Under the pieces are notes generated by a model that was not told the origin of the DNA, did no database searches, and saw only the letters and a program-made list of their open reading frames with translations. 64,000 nt of DNA from Chlamydiales bacterium (GTDB lineage Bacteria; Chlamydiota; Chlamydiia; Chlamydiales; JAAZZY01), in assembly GCA_965206695.1 (NCBI GenBank), contig CBDBKM010000010.1, positions 320,001 to 384,000 on the forward strand, given 5' to 3'. Shown here piece by piece: positions 1 through 11,487 of the stretch (positions are counted from its first letter, which is position 1; every line of letters begins with the position of its first letter). A program made the translations under genes and the position numbers.

Positions 1-1140
1 CTGGAAGATTTTTATATTGCTCAAGCGGTAAAAGATTTTTTTGAAAAAAGGCAACCTAAATTACAAGCATTAGAAGATGAATGGAAAAACAATTTCGATG
101 CTTGGTCAAAGAAAAATCCTGAGCTCTATCAAGAATTTGAATGGATGAGCCACAAGAGGTTGCCTGACAACTTAGAAGAAGAATTAAAAAAACTAGAAGT
201 ACCCAATCCCATAGCAGGGCGCTCAGCCTCACAGGCCGTGCTTGCTAAGCTAGGAGACTTACTGCCTCAACTATATGGCGGATCTGCTGATCTATCAGGA
301 TCTGATATGACGATGATGACAGAATTCGATATAGTAGGCCCGAAGGATTTTAAGGGAAGAAATATGAAGTATGGCGTAAGAGAATTCGCTATGTCTGCTA
401 TCAGTTCAGGGCTTTCTCAAACCGGCATGATTTTTCCTTACTGTGGTACTTTCTGTACTTTTTCTGACTATATGCGTAATGCCATTCGTCTAGCGTGCTT
501 ATCCAAATATCAAGAAGCTTATCAATTTACTCATGATTCTATCTTTTTAGGTGAAGATGGCCCGACTCATCAACCTATAGAACATTACGCTTCTTTAAGA
601 ACGATACCTAATTTACAGGTTATTCGCCCGGCAGATACCAATGAAGTTAAAATGGGTTGGATAGCGGCCCTTAACTACAAAGGTCCTACCGCTTTTATTT
701 TAACGAGGCAGAAACTTCTCGTGTTAGATCATACGGATGTTTCTTATACTGATGGACTAAGCAAAGGCGCCTATGTTGTTAAAAAAGAGAAAAGCCACCC
801 GAATTTTACACTGCTTGCAACAGGATCAGAATTATCTTTAGCTATAGATGTTTCCAAAGAGCTCGAGAAATTAGGTAAAGATGTTCGAGTCATTTCTTTC
901 CCCTGCTGGGAAATTTTTGATAAGCAACCCGACAGTTACAAAGAAAGTGTTATCGGTGGCGATATCGGGAAGAGAGTGAGTATTGAGGCCGGTGTTGACT
1001 TAGGCTGGCATAAGTATATCGGCCTTGAAGGTATCGCTATTTGTATTGAAGGTTTTGGTGCATCAGCTCCTGCCGATGCTTTATATGTTGAATATGGATT
1101 TACCGTAGAATCAATTTTAGAACGTATTTTGAATGGATAA
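1..1140 (+). CDS. tkt: Transketolase, C-terminal part (gene starts before the window)
   Basis: Frame is open from base 1. Motifs GGSADL, YGVREFAM, THDSIFLGEDGPTHQPIEH and FGASAP. Confidence 0.95.
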   Translation: MEDFYIAQAVKDFFEKRQPKLQALEDEWKNNFDAWSKKNPELYQEFEWMSHKRLPDNLEEELKKLEVPNPIAGRSASQAVLAKLGDLLPQLYGGSADLSGSDMTMMTEFDIVGPKDFKGRNMKYGVREFAMSAISSGLSQTGMIFPYCGTFCTFSDYMRNAIRLACLSKYQEAYQFTHDSIFLGEDGPTHQPIEHYASLRTIPNLQVIRPADTNEVKMGWIAALNYKGPTAFILTRQKLLVLDHTDVSYTDGLSKGAYVVKKEKSHPNFTLLATGSELSLAIDVSKELEKLGKDVRVISFPCWEIFDKQPDSYKESVIGGDIGKRVSIEAGVDLGWHKYIGLEGIAICIEGFGASAPADALYVEYGFTVESILERILNG

Positions 1141-2149
1141 TTCTTTATTAATTAAGGCTCTGTTATGCAAAGGGCCTGATAGAATCCCCGCATGGTTTAT
1201 GCGACAAGCCGGAAGATACCTCCCGGAGTATAGACAATTACGTCAAAGGCATTCTTTTTTAGACCTTTGTAGGACTCCTGAGCTTGCTGCTCAAGTGACT
1301 TGCCTTCCCCTTAATATATTAAATCCGGATGCTGCCATTCTCTTTGCAGATATTCTTCTTTTACTCCCCCCGTTCGGTCTGGATTTGAGCTTTGAAGAGC
1401 AACAAGGACCTCTTATTTCTAACCCTTTAGAAAAGCCCGGAGATCTTTTTAGATTGAAACTAACTCATATTACTGAAGAGTTATCTCATGTTTTTGAAAC
1501 CATTAAACTTTTAAAAAAAGATATTTCTGTTCCACTAATTGGATTTTCCGGTGCTCCTTTTACTTTAGCTACTTATATGATTGAAGGTAAAACAGGATCA
1601 AGTTTCAAAAGAACAAAAGAATGGATATACAATCACCCAAATGAGCTTCATAAGCTTTTAGATACTCTAACAACCACTGTCATTGAATATCTTAAAGGAC
1701 AAATTAAAGCCGGTGTTGATGCCATTCAAATTTTCGATTCATGGGCGCATATTATTCCTCATCATCTTATTCATACTTTTTCTGCTCAATATTTAAAACG
1801 TATTGTAGATGCTCTTCGTCCCTTTAATATCCCTATCATTCTATTCGCTCGTTCGATGTCTTTATTTATTGATCAATTTATCCGGGTGAACCCGCATTGC
1901 CTTAGTTTAGACCAGCAGGCTGATATGGTTAAAATGCGAAAAGCATTTCCCAATATTTCTTTCCAAGGAAATCTAGATCCTGATCTGTTATATGCCCCCA
2001 AGCATGTTATAAAAAAGGAATTAGATAATCTTTTAGCCGGTATGAAAGATGATAAAGGTTATATTTTTAACTTAGGGCATGGAATCAAACCCGATACGCC
2101 GGTTGATTCTGCAAAATTTGTAATCGATTATGTCAAATCCATCAAATAG
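1133..2149 (+). CDS. hemE: Uroporphyrinogen decarboxylase
   Basis: PAWFMRQAGRYLPEY, GFSGAPFTLATY and FNLGHGI motifs. Confidence 0.95.
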   Translation: MDNSLLIKALLCKGPDRIPAWFMRQAGRYLPEYRQLRQRHSFLDLCRTPELAAQVTCLPLNILNPDAAILFADILLLLPPFGLDLSFEEQQGPLISNPLEKPGDLFRLKLTHITEELSHVFETIKLLKKDISVPLIGFSGAPFTLATYMIEGKTGSSFKRTKEWIYNHPNELHKLLDTLTTTVIEYLKGQIKAGVDAIQIFDSWAHIIPHHLIHTFSAQYLKRIVDALRPFNIPIILFARSMSLFIDQFIRVNPHCLSLDQQADMVKMRKAFPNISFQGNLDPDLLYAPKHVIKKELDNLLAGMKDDKGYIFNLGHGIKPDTPVDSAKFVIDYVKSIK

Positions 2150-3548
2150 AAAAAAAGTTGTTATTTTAGGAGCCGGAATTTCCGGACTCACTTTAGCATG
2201 GTATCTGAAAAAATTTTTCAAAGATACCATCGAGATTACAATAGTTGAAAAAAATCCATATATAGGCGGCTTTCTACAAACTAAAGTTATTGATAACTTT
2301 CTATTTGAAACAGGCCCTCATACTATCAGAGCGAAGGCCATTGAAGGACCGGCTGTTCTTGATCTTTTACAAGAACTTGGTTTAAATCACGAGTTACTTC
2401 TTACCGATCCATGTGTCAAAAATCGTTACCTTTGGTTAAACGATCGTCTTAGTAAAATTCCGGAAAATCCTTTTAGCCTTATCCTATCACCTGTCACACG
2501 TACTCATTTAAAAACCCTTTTTAAAGAAAGCTGCGTGCTTCCTAAAACAGACGAGGACGAAAGTGTTTACGACTTTATTTCCAGAAGGTTAAACGCAGAA
2601 ATTGCAGAAACTATCATAGATCCTATGATGAGTGGTATTTATGCCGGAGATATTAAAAAACTTTCAGCGAATGCTTGTTTACCTTACTTAAAAGGACTGG
2701 AAAAAAAATATGGCTCTATTATTAAGGGTTTTAGAAAAAGCAAAAAAGAAATGACAACAAACTCACCACTGTTACATAAAAGTAAAATATTTTCCTTTCG
2801 AAATGGCTTGAAAAGCCTACCTCAAGCATTTTTAAAAAAACTTAAAATATCCTATCTTCTTTCTACTCCTGTTACTTCTTTAGACTTCTCTTCTGATAAA
2901 GTAAAGGTTCGCACTCCGGAGAAAGTCCTGGATGCCGATTATGTATTTTCAACTCTTTCATCTCAAACACTCTCCCCATTATTAAAACCTCATAATGAAA
3001 AGATAGCCACCTACTTGGATCAAATCCCTCTACACTCTATCATTACCATTAACTTGGGTTATCCGGAAAAACTTCCTATCAAAAAAGGTTTTGGTTACCT
3101 CATTCCTTCCAAAGAACAAGAAGATATATTAGGCGTTATACAAAGCTCTAACATGTTATCTGAACACAACCATTTTCCAAATGAAACAAGGCTTTCTTTA
3201 ATGTTAGGTGGAGCCAAAAGGCCCGATCTCTTAGATTACGATGACAAAGAACTTTTGTTGATATCTGCTAACGCACTAAATAGACATTTAGGAATTAAAC
3301 AACATCCGAATACGTCGTGCATTACGAGACATTATCATGCTATCCCTCAGTATCTCATCGGTCATCATCAGCGAGTTGAGTTGATTGAAAATATTCAAAA
3401 TACAATAACACCTAACTTACAATTGTTAGGGTGGAGTTTTTACGGCGTGTCTATTCCGGCATGTATTTCTAAAGCTCGAGAAGTGGCTAGTTTGTTTTAT
3501 AATGATTTTAAATCTAAACAACCTGTGGATCAGATGCCTTTTTGTTAG
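2130..3548 (+). CDS. hemG: Protoporphyrinogen oxidase (HemG/HemY type)
   Basis: GAGISGL FAD motif, FETGPHT, GIYAGD and AIPQY; follows hemE. Confidence 0.9.
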   Translation: MSNPSNRKKVVILGAGISGLTLAWYLKKFFKDTIEITIVEKNPYIGGFLQTKVIDNFLFETGPHTIRAKAIEGPAVLDLLQELGLNHELLLTDPCVKNRYLWLNDRLSKIPENPFSLILSPVTRTHLKTLFKESCVLPKTDEDESVYDFISRRLNAEIAETIIDPMMSGIYAGDIKKLSANACLPYLKGLEKKYGSIIKGFRKSKKEMTTNSPLLHKSKIFSFRNGLKSLPQAFLKKLKISYLLSTPVTSLDFSSDKVKVRTPEKVLDADYVFSTLSSQTLSPLLKPHNEKIATYLDQIPLHSIITINLGYPEKLPIKKGFGYLIPSKEQEDILGVIQSSNMLSEHNHFPNETRLSLMLGGAKRPDLLDYDDKELLLISANALNRHLGIKQHPNTSCITRHYHAIPQYLIGHHQRVELIENIQNTITPNLQLLGWSFYGVSIPACISKAREVASLFYNDFKSKQPVDQMPFC

Positions 3549-5079
3549 AAGATTCAACGACTTTATTTTCATCTATATTAAGCGTTTCATTATGAGCTAC
3601 CAGAGTATTAAATTCTTTACCTAATAAGCGAGCGGCAGCAATCCAACCGACGATCACAATCATTAAAAAACCTGCTACAAAAGGAGCACTTGCTGCCAAG
3701 CCACTAAAAATCATAAGCAGACCCTGATGAATTAACGATCCTCCGGATTTACCAATACGAGAACCTACACCATCGATAGCAGCTTTTCCTTTTTGTCTGG
3801 ACTCGGTGCTTAATGGAATAAAACTTAATTCTTTAGTCGCGTCAAATAATGAATATTTACAACCCCGACTTAATACATTTTGAGTAGAACCGAATAAAAC
3901 AACCAATGCAAGAGGAGATATTCCCAGTAAAGGTCTTAATACTGAGTCCAAAGCATCAGAAAAGAATAAACAACTGAAAAATCCAACACTTGTAATTAAT
4001 AGAATGACAGGACATATCAGAGCCGAGAATGTCCAACCGCATCTTTTGATAAAAGCTCCTGCTACCAGAGCTAAAATAATAGCTACAATACCCGTCCATG
4101 TTGTAATAGTATTGATATAAATATGATAATCATTTGCATCAGGATAGAGCTGCCTAATTTGATGCTTCCAAAGAACTTCTACAAGATTTATGACTAAGTT
4201 ATAAGAAAGGACAATGACGGCTATATAAATAAGGTATTTTGATTTGGCAAGATAAGCAAAATTTCTTCTTACCGACATCTTAAAAGAGCCTCGATCCTTT
4301 TGTTTATACCGGCCACCTTGAAATGATTTTTCCGAATTATCAAACCCGTTTAGATGGAGCCAACGGAAAATACCCATAATAATAAGGCCTGAAATGACAA
4401 TCACTATCGTTAAAGAAGTTAACGACGCTTGCCAAGCATCAGTTGCATTGGATCCGGATCTAAAATGCCCGGAGCAGAAAATAGCGACCTGACCTGCAAT
4501 TACTCCCGAACAATTCATCCCTACACCTAAAAGGCCATAAAAACGCTTTGCCTCGTCAACCGTATTGATTTCATTGGCAAAACCCCAAAACAGCATAGAC
4601 AAAACGATACAGCTCCACAGCTCAGACATCACATAAAAGCCGGTAAAAGACCAATAACGAATCATCGCAACAAATCCGGACAAACCTCTTGGCAAAATTT
4701 CACTAAGAATATCTCCAAAAGCATGTAAATGCATAGCATCTCTAAAAGGATACAGGCAAAAAGTAAAAATCATGAAATAACTTAAGAAAATAGACAAAAT
4801 GATATAAAATACTTTTTCCATACTAAATCGATTCGATAAACGAGAGAAAAGAGATGTCATAAGAATGGCGCCGGGAAGCATCACCCAGACCTTAATAAAA
4901 GGAATAATTTCAGCACCTGAATCTTGACCTGTAATAATCAAAGCATCTTTTGCATTACGCAAAATATTATAAATAAAACCTATCAAAAAGAAGATGACAA
5001 ACATTGGAATAAATTTTTTTAATTCATTTCGTCCAACAGGGCATATATCTTGGAAAATGGCTTTACATTTTGCTAACAT
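3514..5079 (-). CDS. ntt: TLC-family nucleotide transport protein (NTT; ATP/ADP translocase-like)
   Basis: ELKKFIPM, GAEIIPFIKVW, FWGFANEI, KYSLFDATKEL and KGKAAIDGVGSRIGKSGGS motifs; about 12 TM segments. Confidence 0.92.
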   Translation of the reverse strand: MLAKCKAIFQDICPVGRNELKKFIPMFVIFFLIGFIYNILRNAKDALIITGQDSGAEIIPFIKVWVMLPGAILMTSLFSRLSNRFSMEKVFYIILSIFLSYFMIFTFCLYPFRDAMHLHAFGDILSEILPRGLSGFVAMIRYWSFTGFYVMSELWSCIVLSMLFWGFANEINTVDEAKRFYGLLGVGMNCSGVIAGQVAIFCSGHFRSGSNATDAWQASLTSLTIVIVISGLIIMGIFRWLHLNGFDNSEKSFQGGRYKQKDRGSFKMSVRRNFAYLAKSKYLIYIAVIVLSYNLVINLVEVLWKHQIRQLYPDANDYHIYINTITTWTGIVAIILALVAGAFIKRCGWTFSALICPVILLITSVGFFSCLFFSDALDSVLRPLLGISPLALVVLFGSTQNVLSRGCKYSLFDATKELSFIPLSTESRQKGKAAIDGVGSRIGKSGGSLIHQGLLMIFSGLAASAPFVAGFLMIVIVGWIAAARLLGKEFNTLVAHNETLNIDENKVVESSNKKASDPQVV

Positions 5080-5702
5080 ATTGAGCCCTTGTGTTAAGAA
5101 GATATATCAGTAATATAAAAAATAAGTAAAAGAAAATAGAATCGAGACAATCGATCCTTTCTTGAAGTAGAGAGAGTGGAAACTTTAAAAGCGGTATTAG
5201 AGGTTTATCCGCTTGCAATGAAGGTATCTCCATTAAGTTAATTGTTTAATGAGCTAATAAATAGCTCCTATCTTTAGTCTCTTTCAAGTCTAAAAAAATG
5301 ACTTTTTTGTCAAAAAGACGAAGAGAAGCTCAAAATTTGGACTATCTTAACAAGTTGCCCTAAATTTAGCAACCACCCATAAAAAGAAAGTAATTGTTAT
5401 AGCTTTTTACTTTTTTTTATCTAAATACACTTAATACTAAAATAATAAATTGACAATTAAAACTGATACCTATTAACAGTTGATTCCTCTGAAACGAAGG
5501 ATTTTACACTGTATGGTGTCGGTATCGATGAACATTCTCTTAAGGAAGCAGACTTAAGGAAGCAGAATTAAAATCTAAAGATTATGAAAAAAAGTGTCTT
5601 AAAATCTTTCACAAATTAATATGATAATGTTATGGTAATCACCATTTATTAAATATTCTCTTGTTTTCGTTTAACCATTTGATAAACCTAAGGAGTTTAG
5701 TT

Positions 5703-6275
5703 ATGAGATGTGTAACTAAAACTATATTATTCACTTTTTTATTTCTTTTCGGAGGCTTAGCAACTATGTGTGCAGATGATCTTGAACATACGTTATATTT
5801 AGACTTAAAAGATGGCCGGGTTGTTATTCAAATGCATCCTGAAGCAGCACCTAAGCATGTTGCTCGAATTAAAGAATTAGTTCGTCAGAAATTCTATGAT
5901 GGTATTGTCTTTCATCGAGTTATTGATGGCTTTATGGCTCAAACCGGAGATCCTACCGGAACAGGAATGTTTGGGTCCGGTCAAAACTTGGAAGCTGAGT
6001 TCAATGATTATCCACATGTGAGAGGAACACTCTCCATGGCTCGAGGTCCTGATGTAAATAGTGCTGATAGTCAGTTTTTTATTGTTTTTCAAGAAGCTCG
6101 TTATTTAGATCATCAATATACTGCTTGGGGTACTGTTATAGAAGGAATGGAAATTGTTGATAAGGTCAAGAAGGGAGAAAGTGCCAATAATGGTACTGTA
6201 GATGAGCCTGATAAGATCATTTCTATGTCGGTAGCTGTTGATGTTGAAAAAGCTGCAGAAGCGGAAAAAAAATAG
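5703..6275 (+). CDS. Cyclophilin-type peptidyl-prolyl isomerase with signal peptide
   Basis: FYDGIVFHRVIDGFMAQTGDP, SMAR and SQFFI motifs. AGGAG RBS precedes the ATG at 5703. Confidence 0.9.
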   Translation: MRCVTKTILFTFLFLFGGLATMCADDLEHTLYLDLKDGRVVIQMHPEAAPKHVARIKELVRQKFYDGIVFHRVIDGFMAQTGDPTGTGMFGSGQNLEAEFNDYPHVRGTLSMARGPDVNSADSQFFIVFQEARYLDHQYTAWGTVIEGMEIVDKVKKGESANNGTVDEPDKIISMSVAVDVEKAAEAEKK

Positions 6276-6288
6276 TTTTTATACTAAC

Positions 6289-6323
6289 AAAGAAGCACTT
6301 CTTAGCTTAAGAAATGCTTCTTT
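6289..6323 (+). terminator. Intrinsic terminator after the cyclophilin gene
   Basis: AAAGAAGCAcTTCTTA / TAAGAAaTGCTTCTTT hairpin. Confidence 0.6.
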
Positions 6324-6496
6324 CCTCTAAATCATCGAGAAATATCCGATTGATAGACTTAGAGATTAATATTCATTTGGATTTGATCTAAAATAGAAGG
6401 AATATTCCGGCTATATTCAGCGTTTGCATCATCCCAATCATCCATATTAAGATCCTGCTCTGTAATTAACAATTTTTGAGTTAGTTAAAAAAGGTC

Positions 6497-7050
6497 TCGG
6501 AGACGGCAGCTAACATTTGAAACCGTTGATTAACTCAACTACCCACATCGTGCGGGTTTTCTCATTGCGCTTTTCCTGTTTCAACACGGTCCCTATCATT
6601 ACCGCTAAGCGGCTACTTTCGGCTTGTTTGACGTTCCACAGGCACTACCTGCACTCCTTGCATTGGCTAATATATTTCTCGCGGCATTGATATCTCTGTC
6701 ATGCTCTTCACCACAACTTATATAACACCAACGTCGCACATTAAGACCCAACTCATTGAGTACAAACCTACACCTTGAACACGTTTTACTCGTATTCCTT
6801 GGATTAGCAAGCATAAAATCTCTTTTATACCAATTAGATTTATACTCAAGTTGTCGGCGGAACTCACTCCAAGACGCGTCCCCGATCGATCGACTTAACT
6901 TTTTGTTAGACATCATTCTACGCACAGAAAGGTCTTCTACTGCCACCGTTTGGTGTTTCTTAACAATAGTCGTACTCAATTTGTGCAAAAAGTCTCGCCT
7001 CTTATCGGCTATTCGCACATGAAGCTTTCCAAGCCTTTTACGTGCCTTTA
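6497..7050 (-). pseudogene. tnpB: 5'-truncated tnpB copy with its 3' non-coding end
   Basis: Near-identical to 14110-14662; retains VEDL, the Zn-finger region and DRDINAA. Confidence 0.85.
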
Positions 7051-7054
7051 TAGT

Positions 7055-8708
7055 CATAAAAATATTTCTTTTTGCTCGCATTAAAGCCATGATACTCTTT
7101 TCCTTTAATTAGCTTAGAACGCCGGATACGAACGTTTTTGCAGACTTGAACAGGAAATGAATCCACGATAAAACATTGATGCGATTTAAGAGGCGCGTAA
7201 CGCCTCATAAATCGCATAAGAAGTTCCCAAACGGATAAAGGTATTTGATGTATTCTTTCGTTCAATCGGTTAATGCTAAGCATATCGGGCATATAACCAT
7301 GTTCCAACAGGAAGCTTCCGGCTTGAATAATATTGCCTCCAAAAAAACTGAGTAGCAACAATTAAAGAAGTCATGACTTCTGAGTCTTTCATTTTTTCAT
7401 TGTGCCATGCTATACCCCTTATGAATCAAAGTGCCGATTCTAAGACTTGAAAATGATCATTGATTCGTTTCCTCATTGATTGAGCAATAGAGGGCCAAGT
7501 ATTTTCAAAAAATCCGGTAATCGATCTCCGAAATTCTTTAGCAGAATTAAAAAACCGATTATTGCGACAATATTCATTCATCACTTTCCATAATCGTTCA
7601 ATGGGATTGAGGTTAGGACTGTAAGAAGGTAAATAATAGAGAATAATACCTTGTTTTTCTGCTTCTTGTTTGGTCTGAATACTTGTATTATAAGGGCCTT
7701 GATCTAAAATAAGATGGATATTTGGAGCTGAGAGGTATTTTGACCGTAGCAAAGCAAAATGCTTTGCCATGGTACCGCTATTTAATGTTTCATAAGCATC
7801 TATTGTTACCTTCATACTGTTTAAATTGATAGACCCCATAAGATTCATTCGAGTACGAGAAGCTGTTGTTGCAATCAATTTATCTGTTCCCGGTCGAATC
7901 CAACCATAAAAAATTTTAGTTGCCATAGTTGGATGTACACCATCAGCAAATTCAACAGGCTCATTTTTAGGCAGAGATGCCATAAGCTTGGCGTAAAATT
8001 GCATCCAAGCTTTTTGTTGATCAGAATTTGCCTTAGCCGGTGTACCTTTAGGCTTTTTATAGGAAAAACCATGTGAGTGTAGCCAAGAAGTCATCCCTGA
8101 AATCGTATAAACAATGCCATATTTCGCGAGAACATAAGAACAGATATCTTCTACTTTGACATAGGTATGAGTTGTTAAATGTTTAATGAATTCTTCTGAC
8201 TGTGGCGCAAGAAGTTTACTGACTGAACCACCGCTTTCTACATGCAATTGCTGTTTATTTTGATATTCTTTAATGTGACGAGACACTGTTTCATCGTCTA
8301 AAAGCACAGCTTCAGCAATACGAGTATTACTCCAACCTTTATTCGACAATAGAACAGCCTTGATACGATCTCGTATACGACCATTCTTTTCTCGTTTATG
8401 TTGCTGTCTGAGATGCTTTTCTTCTGATAGTGTTAAAAATGAATTCATACAAAATAATTTACACTATACGAATACAAAATATCCGGAGGTTTATCCGTGA
8501 TGAGTATATAGTGTTTAATTCGTTTAAATAGTCATCACAAATACAATAGATGGCACATATTTCAAACTTCATGGCTTCCTCCTTTAACTGATATGTTTCG
8601 TGAAAAACAACTATTCTGAAGGAAGAAGCCTTTTTCTTTTAGATCTTTTTCAAATAATTAATTGAATATCGAGAATGTTATTATGAGTTAGTTATATCGA
8701 ACTTGGGT
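7055..8708 (-). mobile_element. IS982-family element, truncated and interrupted by IS630
   Basis: ACCCAAGTTCG end at 8708. ATG at 8572 gives MKFEICAIYCICDD, which rejoins in frame across the IS630 to MKDSEV; then FFGGN, IVDSFPV and SKKKYFY. Confidence 0.75.
7413..8506 (-). mobile_element. IS630-family element (single 340-aa transposase, 7426-8448)
   Basis: DDE motifs FADG, LILDQ and LPSYSPNLNPIE; TA at both ends; 1094 bp, near-identical to 44131-45224. Confidence 0.92.
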
Positions 8709-8783
8709 TAAAACATATACTTTAAAATAAAGTATAGGATGCAATTAGTTAACAACTAATTATTTTTATATTGTTAATTATAT

Positions 8784-10958
8784 TTAGCGTTTTAGTAATC
8801 GAAGTCCATTAAATACAACGAGTAAGGAAGCTCCCATATCGGCTCCAATAGCCATCCATAAAGTAGATAGGCCGAAGAGAGCTAAGATCATAAAGAGAAA
8901 TTTAAGCCCTAATGCAAAATAGATATTTTGTTTAATGATCTTAAGAGTATTTTTTGAATGTCTAATTAACCAGGGGATTTTGGAGAGATCATCGGACATT
9001 AAAGCGATATCTGCGGTTTCAATAGCAACATCGGTTCCCATCGTTCCCATTGCTATACCACAATTTGAAGCAGCCATGGCGGGGGCATCATTAACACCAT
9101 CTCCAATCATGGCGACGGGGCCCCATTTTGCCTTTAATTCTTCAATAATATTCAGCTTGTCAACAGGTAAAAGTTCGGCATAGAACTGATCAATTTGAAT
9201 CTCTTCTGCTAATGCCTTAGCTGTAGGGATATTGTCACCTGTAAGCATAACAAGATGTTTTATCCCTGTTGCTTTCATTGAAATAAGTATTTCTGTGATT
9301 AGTTTTTTGGGAGCATCGGAAATGCTAATCAATCCTAACACATTTGTATCATTACCAAGAGCAACAACACTACATCCCGTCTCTTCTAATTTAGTTGCGA
9401 TGTCATGAATATTAATAGGTTCCTTGAACCTCTGATGCATAAATCGATGACTGCCAATCCAAAATAATTGATTATCGACAACTCCTTCAGCTCCCAGTCC
9501 TTTAAAATTTTTAAAATCACTACAGGGCTTGATTTCTATTTTCTTTTCCTTGGAATGTTTTATAATGGCTCCGGCAAGCGGGTGCTCACTTGATAGTTCT
9601 ATCGAGGCAGCTATTTTTAGAATTTCGGCCTCCGTATAATCACCCAAAGAAATAATTTTTTGTACACCGGGCTGACCTTGTGTAATCGTTCCTGTTTTAT
9701 CAAAAGCTAAAACTTGAAGTGTGGCGGGTAACTCAAGAGCCATCCCTCCTTTAATAAGAATACCGTGTTTTGCAGAAGCAGTCAAAGCTGATACTATACT
9801 GACAGGAGTCGATATAACAAGAGCACAAGGGCAAGCAATTACTAATATGACAAGACCTCTGGAAAACCAGTCTATCCAAGAAGCATCAAATAGAAGAGGA
9901 GGAATCACAATGATGAAAAAAGCTAAAATTACCATGATTGGTGTGTAAATTTGTGCAAATTTTTCAACCCACCTTTGAGTCGCAGCTCTTTTAGATTGCG
10001 ATTTTTCAATTAGGTTAATAATTCCGGCTAAAGTCGTATCCTTAGAATCTTTGATTACAAGACATTCTAAAGCGCCATCATCATTAATAGTTCCGGCATA
10101 GACAGTGTCATTAGGATTTTTTTCTACCGGTATCGATTCTCCTGTAATCGGAGCTTGATTGACATTAGAAGACCCTTTAATAACCATAGCATCTAAAGGG
10201 ATCTTCTCACCCGGATGAATAAAAATAGTCGTACTCTTTTCTATATGTTCGACACGCTTTATAATGAACTTACCTGTTTCGGAGTCTTGGATACGAGCAG
10301 TCGTAGGGGATAGGTCCATTAATGATGAAATGGCTTTACGAGCATGAGCCATACTCCAATGTTCGAGTTGCAAGGCGACAGCAAATAAAAAGGAAACAGT
10401 CGCAGCTTCGAACCATTCTCCAATAATCATGGCACCAATAACAGCAATGGTCATTAAAAGATTCATATCGGCTCTAAAATGACTAATAGCTTTAATCATT
10501 TTTGGAAAAACAAACCAGGCACCTGTAATAATAGCAAATAAATAGAAAATAAGGATTCTATAGGGCAGCGATAGAAAAAGAAATCCCGTTTTTTTTCTAT
10601 TTCCAAGAAGTAAATCTTGAAAATCGGGAAATACGAGAAACTCTAAAATCAAAGCAATGACTAGAAAGATGCCACTGCAATAAACCATAATAAGAGGCCC
10701 TTTGCTTGACCAAAAGGATCCGGACTCTTGAAGTAGCCGCTCTTCCCATAAATAAGATTGCATTCCGGTAGATGCAATCAAGCGCTCTATCATTTTAGTG
10801 CTAATGACTTCCCTGTTATAATTCACTGTCATCTTTCCATTGAGGACATCAAAAAATAAATCATCAATACCTTCTCGATTCGCGAATACCTTTTTTAGCA
10901 CTTTGACTTCTTCAGCGCAGTCGAGTCCGGCAATCTTATAGGAAATTTCTTGCTTCAC
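8784..10958 (-). CDS. cadA: Heavy-metal (Cd/Zn/Pb) P1B-type ATPase
   Basis: GLDCAEE metal-binding domain, TGES, CPC, DKTGT, SEHPL and GDGVNDAPA motifs. Confidence 0.9.
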   Translation of the reverse strand: MKQEISYKIAGLDCAEEVKVLKKVFANREGIDDLFFDVLNGKMTVNYNREVISTKMIERLIASTGMQSYLWEERLLQESGSFWSSKGPLIMVYCSGIFLVIALILEFLVFPDFQDLLLGNRKKTGFLFLSLPYRILIFYLFAIITGAWFVFPKMIKAISHFRADMNLLMTIAVIGAMIIGEWFEAATVSFLFAVALQLEHWSMAHARKAISSLMDLSPTTARIQDSETGKFIIKRVEHIEKSTTIFIHPGEKIPLDAMVIKGSSNVNQAPITGESIPVEKNPNDTVYAGTINDDGALECLVIKDSKDTTLAGIINLIEKSQSKRAATQRWVEKFAQIYTPIMVILAFFIIVIPPLLFDASWIDWFSRGLVILVIACPCALVISTPVSIVSALTASAKHGILIKGGMALELPATLQVLAFDKTGTITQGQPGVQKIISLGDYTEAEILKIAASIELSSEHPLAGAIIKHSKEKKIEIKPCSDFKNFKGLGAEGVVDNQLFWIGSHRFMHQRFKEPINIHDIATKLEETGCSVVALGNDTNVLGLISISDAPKKLITEILISMKATGIKHLVMLTGDNIPTAKALAEEIQIDQFYAELLPVDKLNIIEELKAKWGPVAMIGDGVNDAPAMAASNCGIAMGTMGTDVAIETADIALMSDDLSKIPWLIRHSKNTLKIIKQNIYFALGLKFLFMILALFGLSTLWMAIGADMGASLLVVFNGLRLLKR

Positions 10959-10994
10959 CTTGATTCCTTATCTATTTCTCCCAAATTTAATATT

Positions 10995-11180
10995 TTGACA
11001 GCTTCCAACCCTCAAGGGGAAGGATTCCTCATTCACAGACCACAGCTAACAAAAGAGTTAGTCTAACATAATCTCCAAAGGCTTAAATTACCGACTGCCC
11101 TTCGGTATATATATTATATGATGCATTACAATCTCTGTCATGCTTAATTTTATAATTTGAGCATTCCGGGTAAAAATTTT
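10995..11180 (-). mobile_element. IS200/IS605 right-end remnant (tnpB 3' end plus omega-RNA-like region), second TnpB family
   Basis: Minus strand encodes KHDRDCNASYNI, followed by GGCAGTCGGTAATTTAAGCCTTTGGAGAT...GGAAGCTGTCAA. Homologous to 38151-38300 and 63189-63270. Confidence 0.7.
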
Positions 11181-11487
11181 ATCCATTATACCTGTATTCT
11201 AAGTGTGCATTAAAGTGTAGCAAGATCAATATATTTGAGGGTTTTTTTTCTTAAATCAAGTGAGTAAGCCATTCGTGCATGATATATCATCATAATGAAA
11301 AACAAAATTTCATGCACTATCGTCTCGGAATGCACAAGATACTAATTTTAATTATCTCCCATGCAAAGCTTTAGAGCAGCTTCAGGATATGCAGAATTAT
11401 TTAAATGAAGAGGAATTGAATTTTCTTGAATAGAATCGGTTTTCTTAATACATAATATTAATCAGAAGTCAATATAGGAAAGTTACG

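Noticed and set aside
3514..3548. Convergent overlap of hemG and ntt
   Set aside because: Short 3' overlaps are common in compact genomes.
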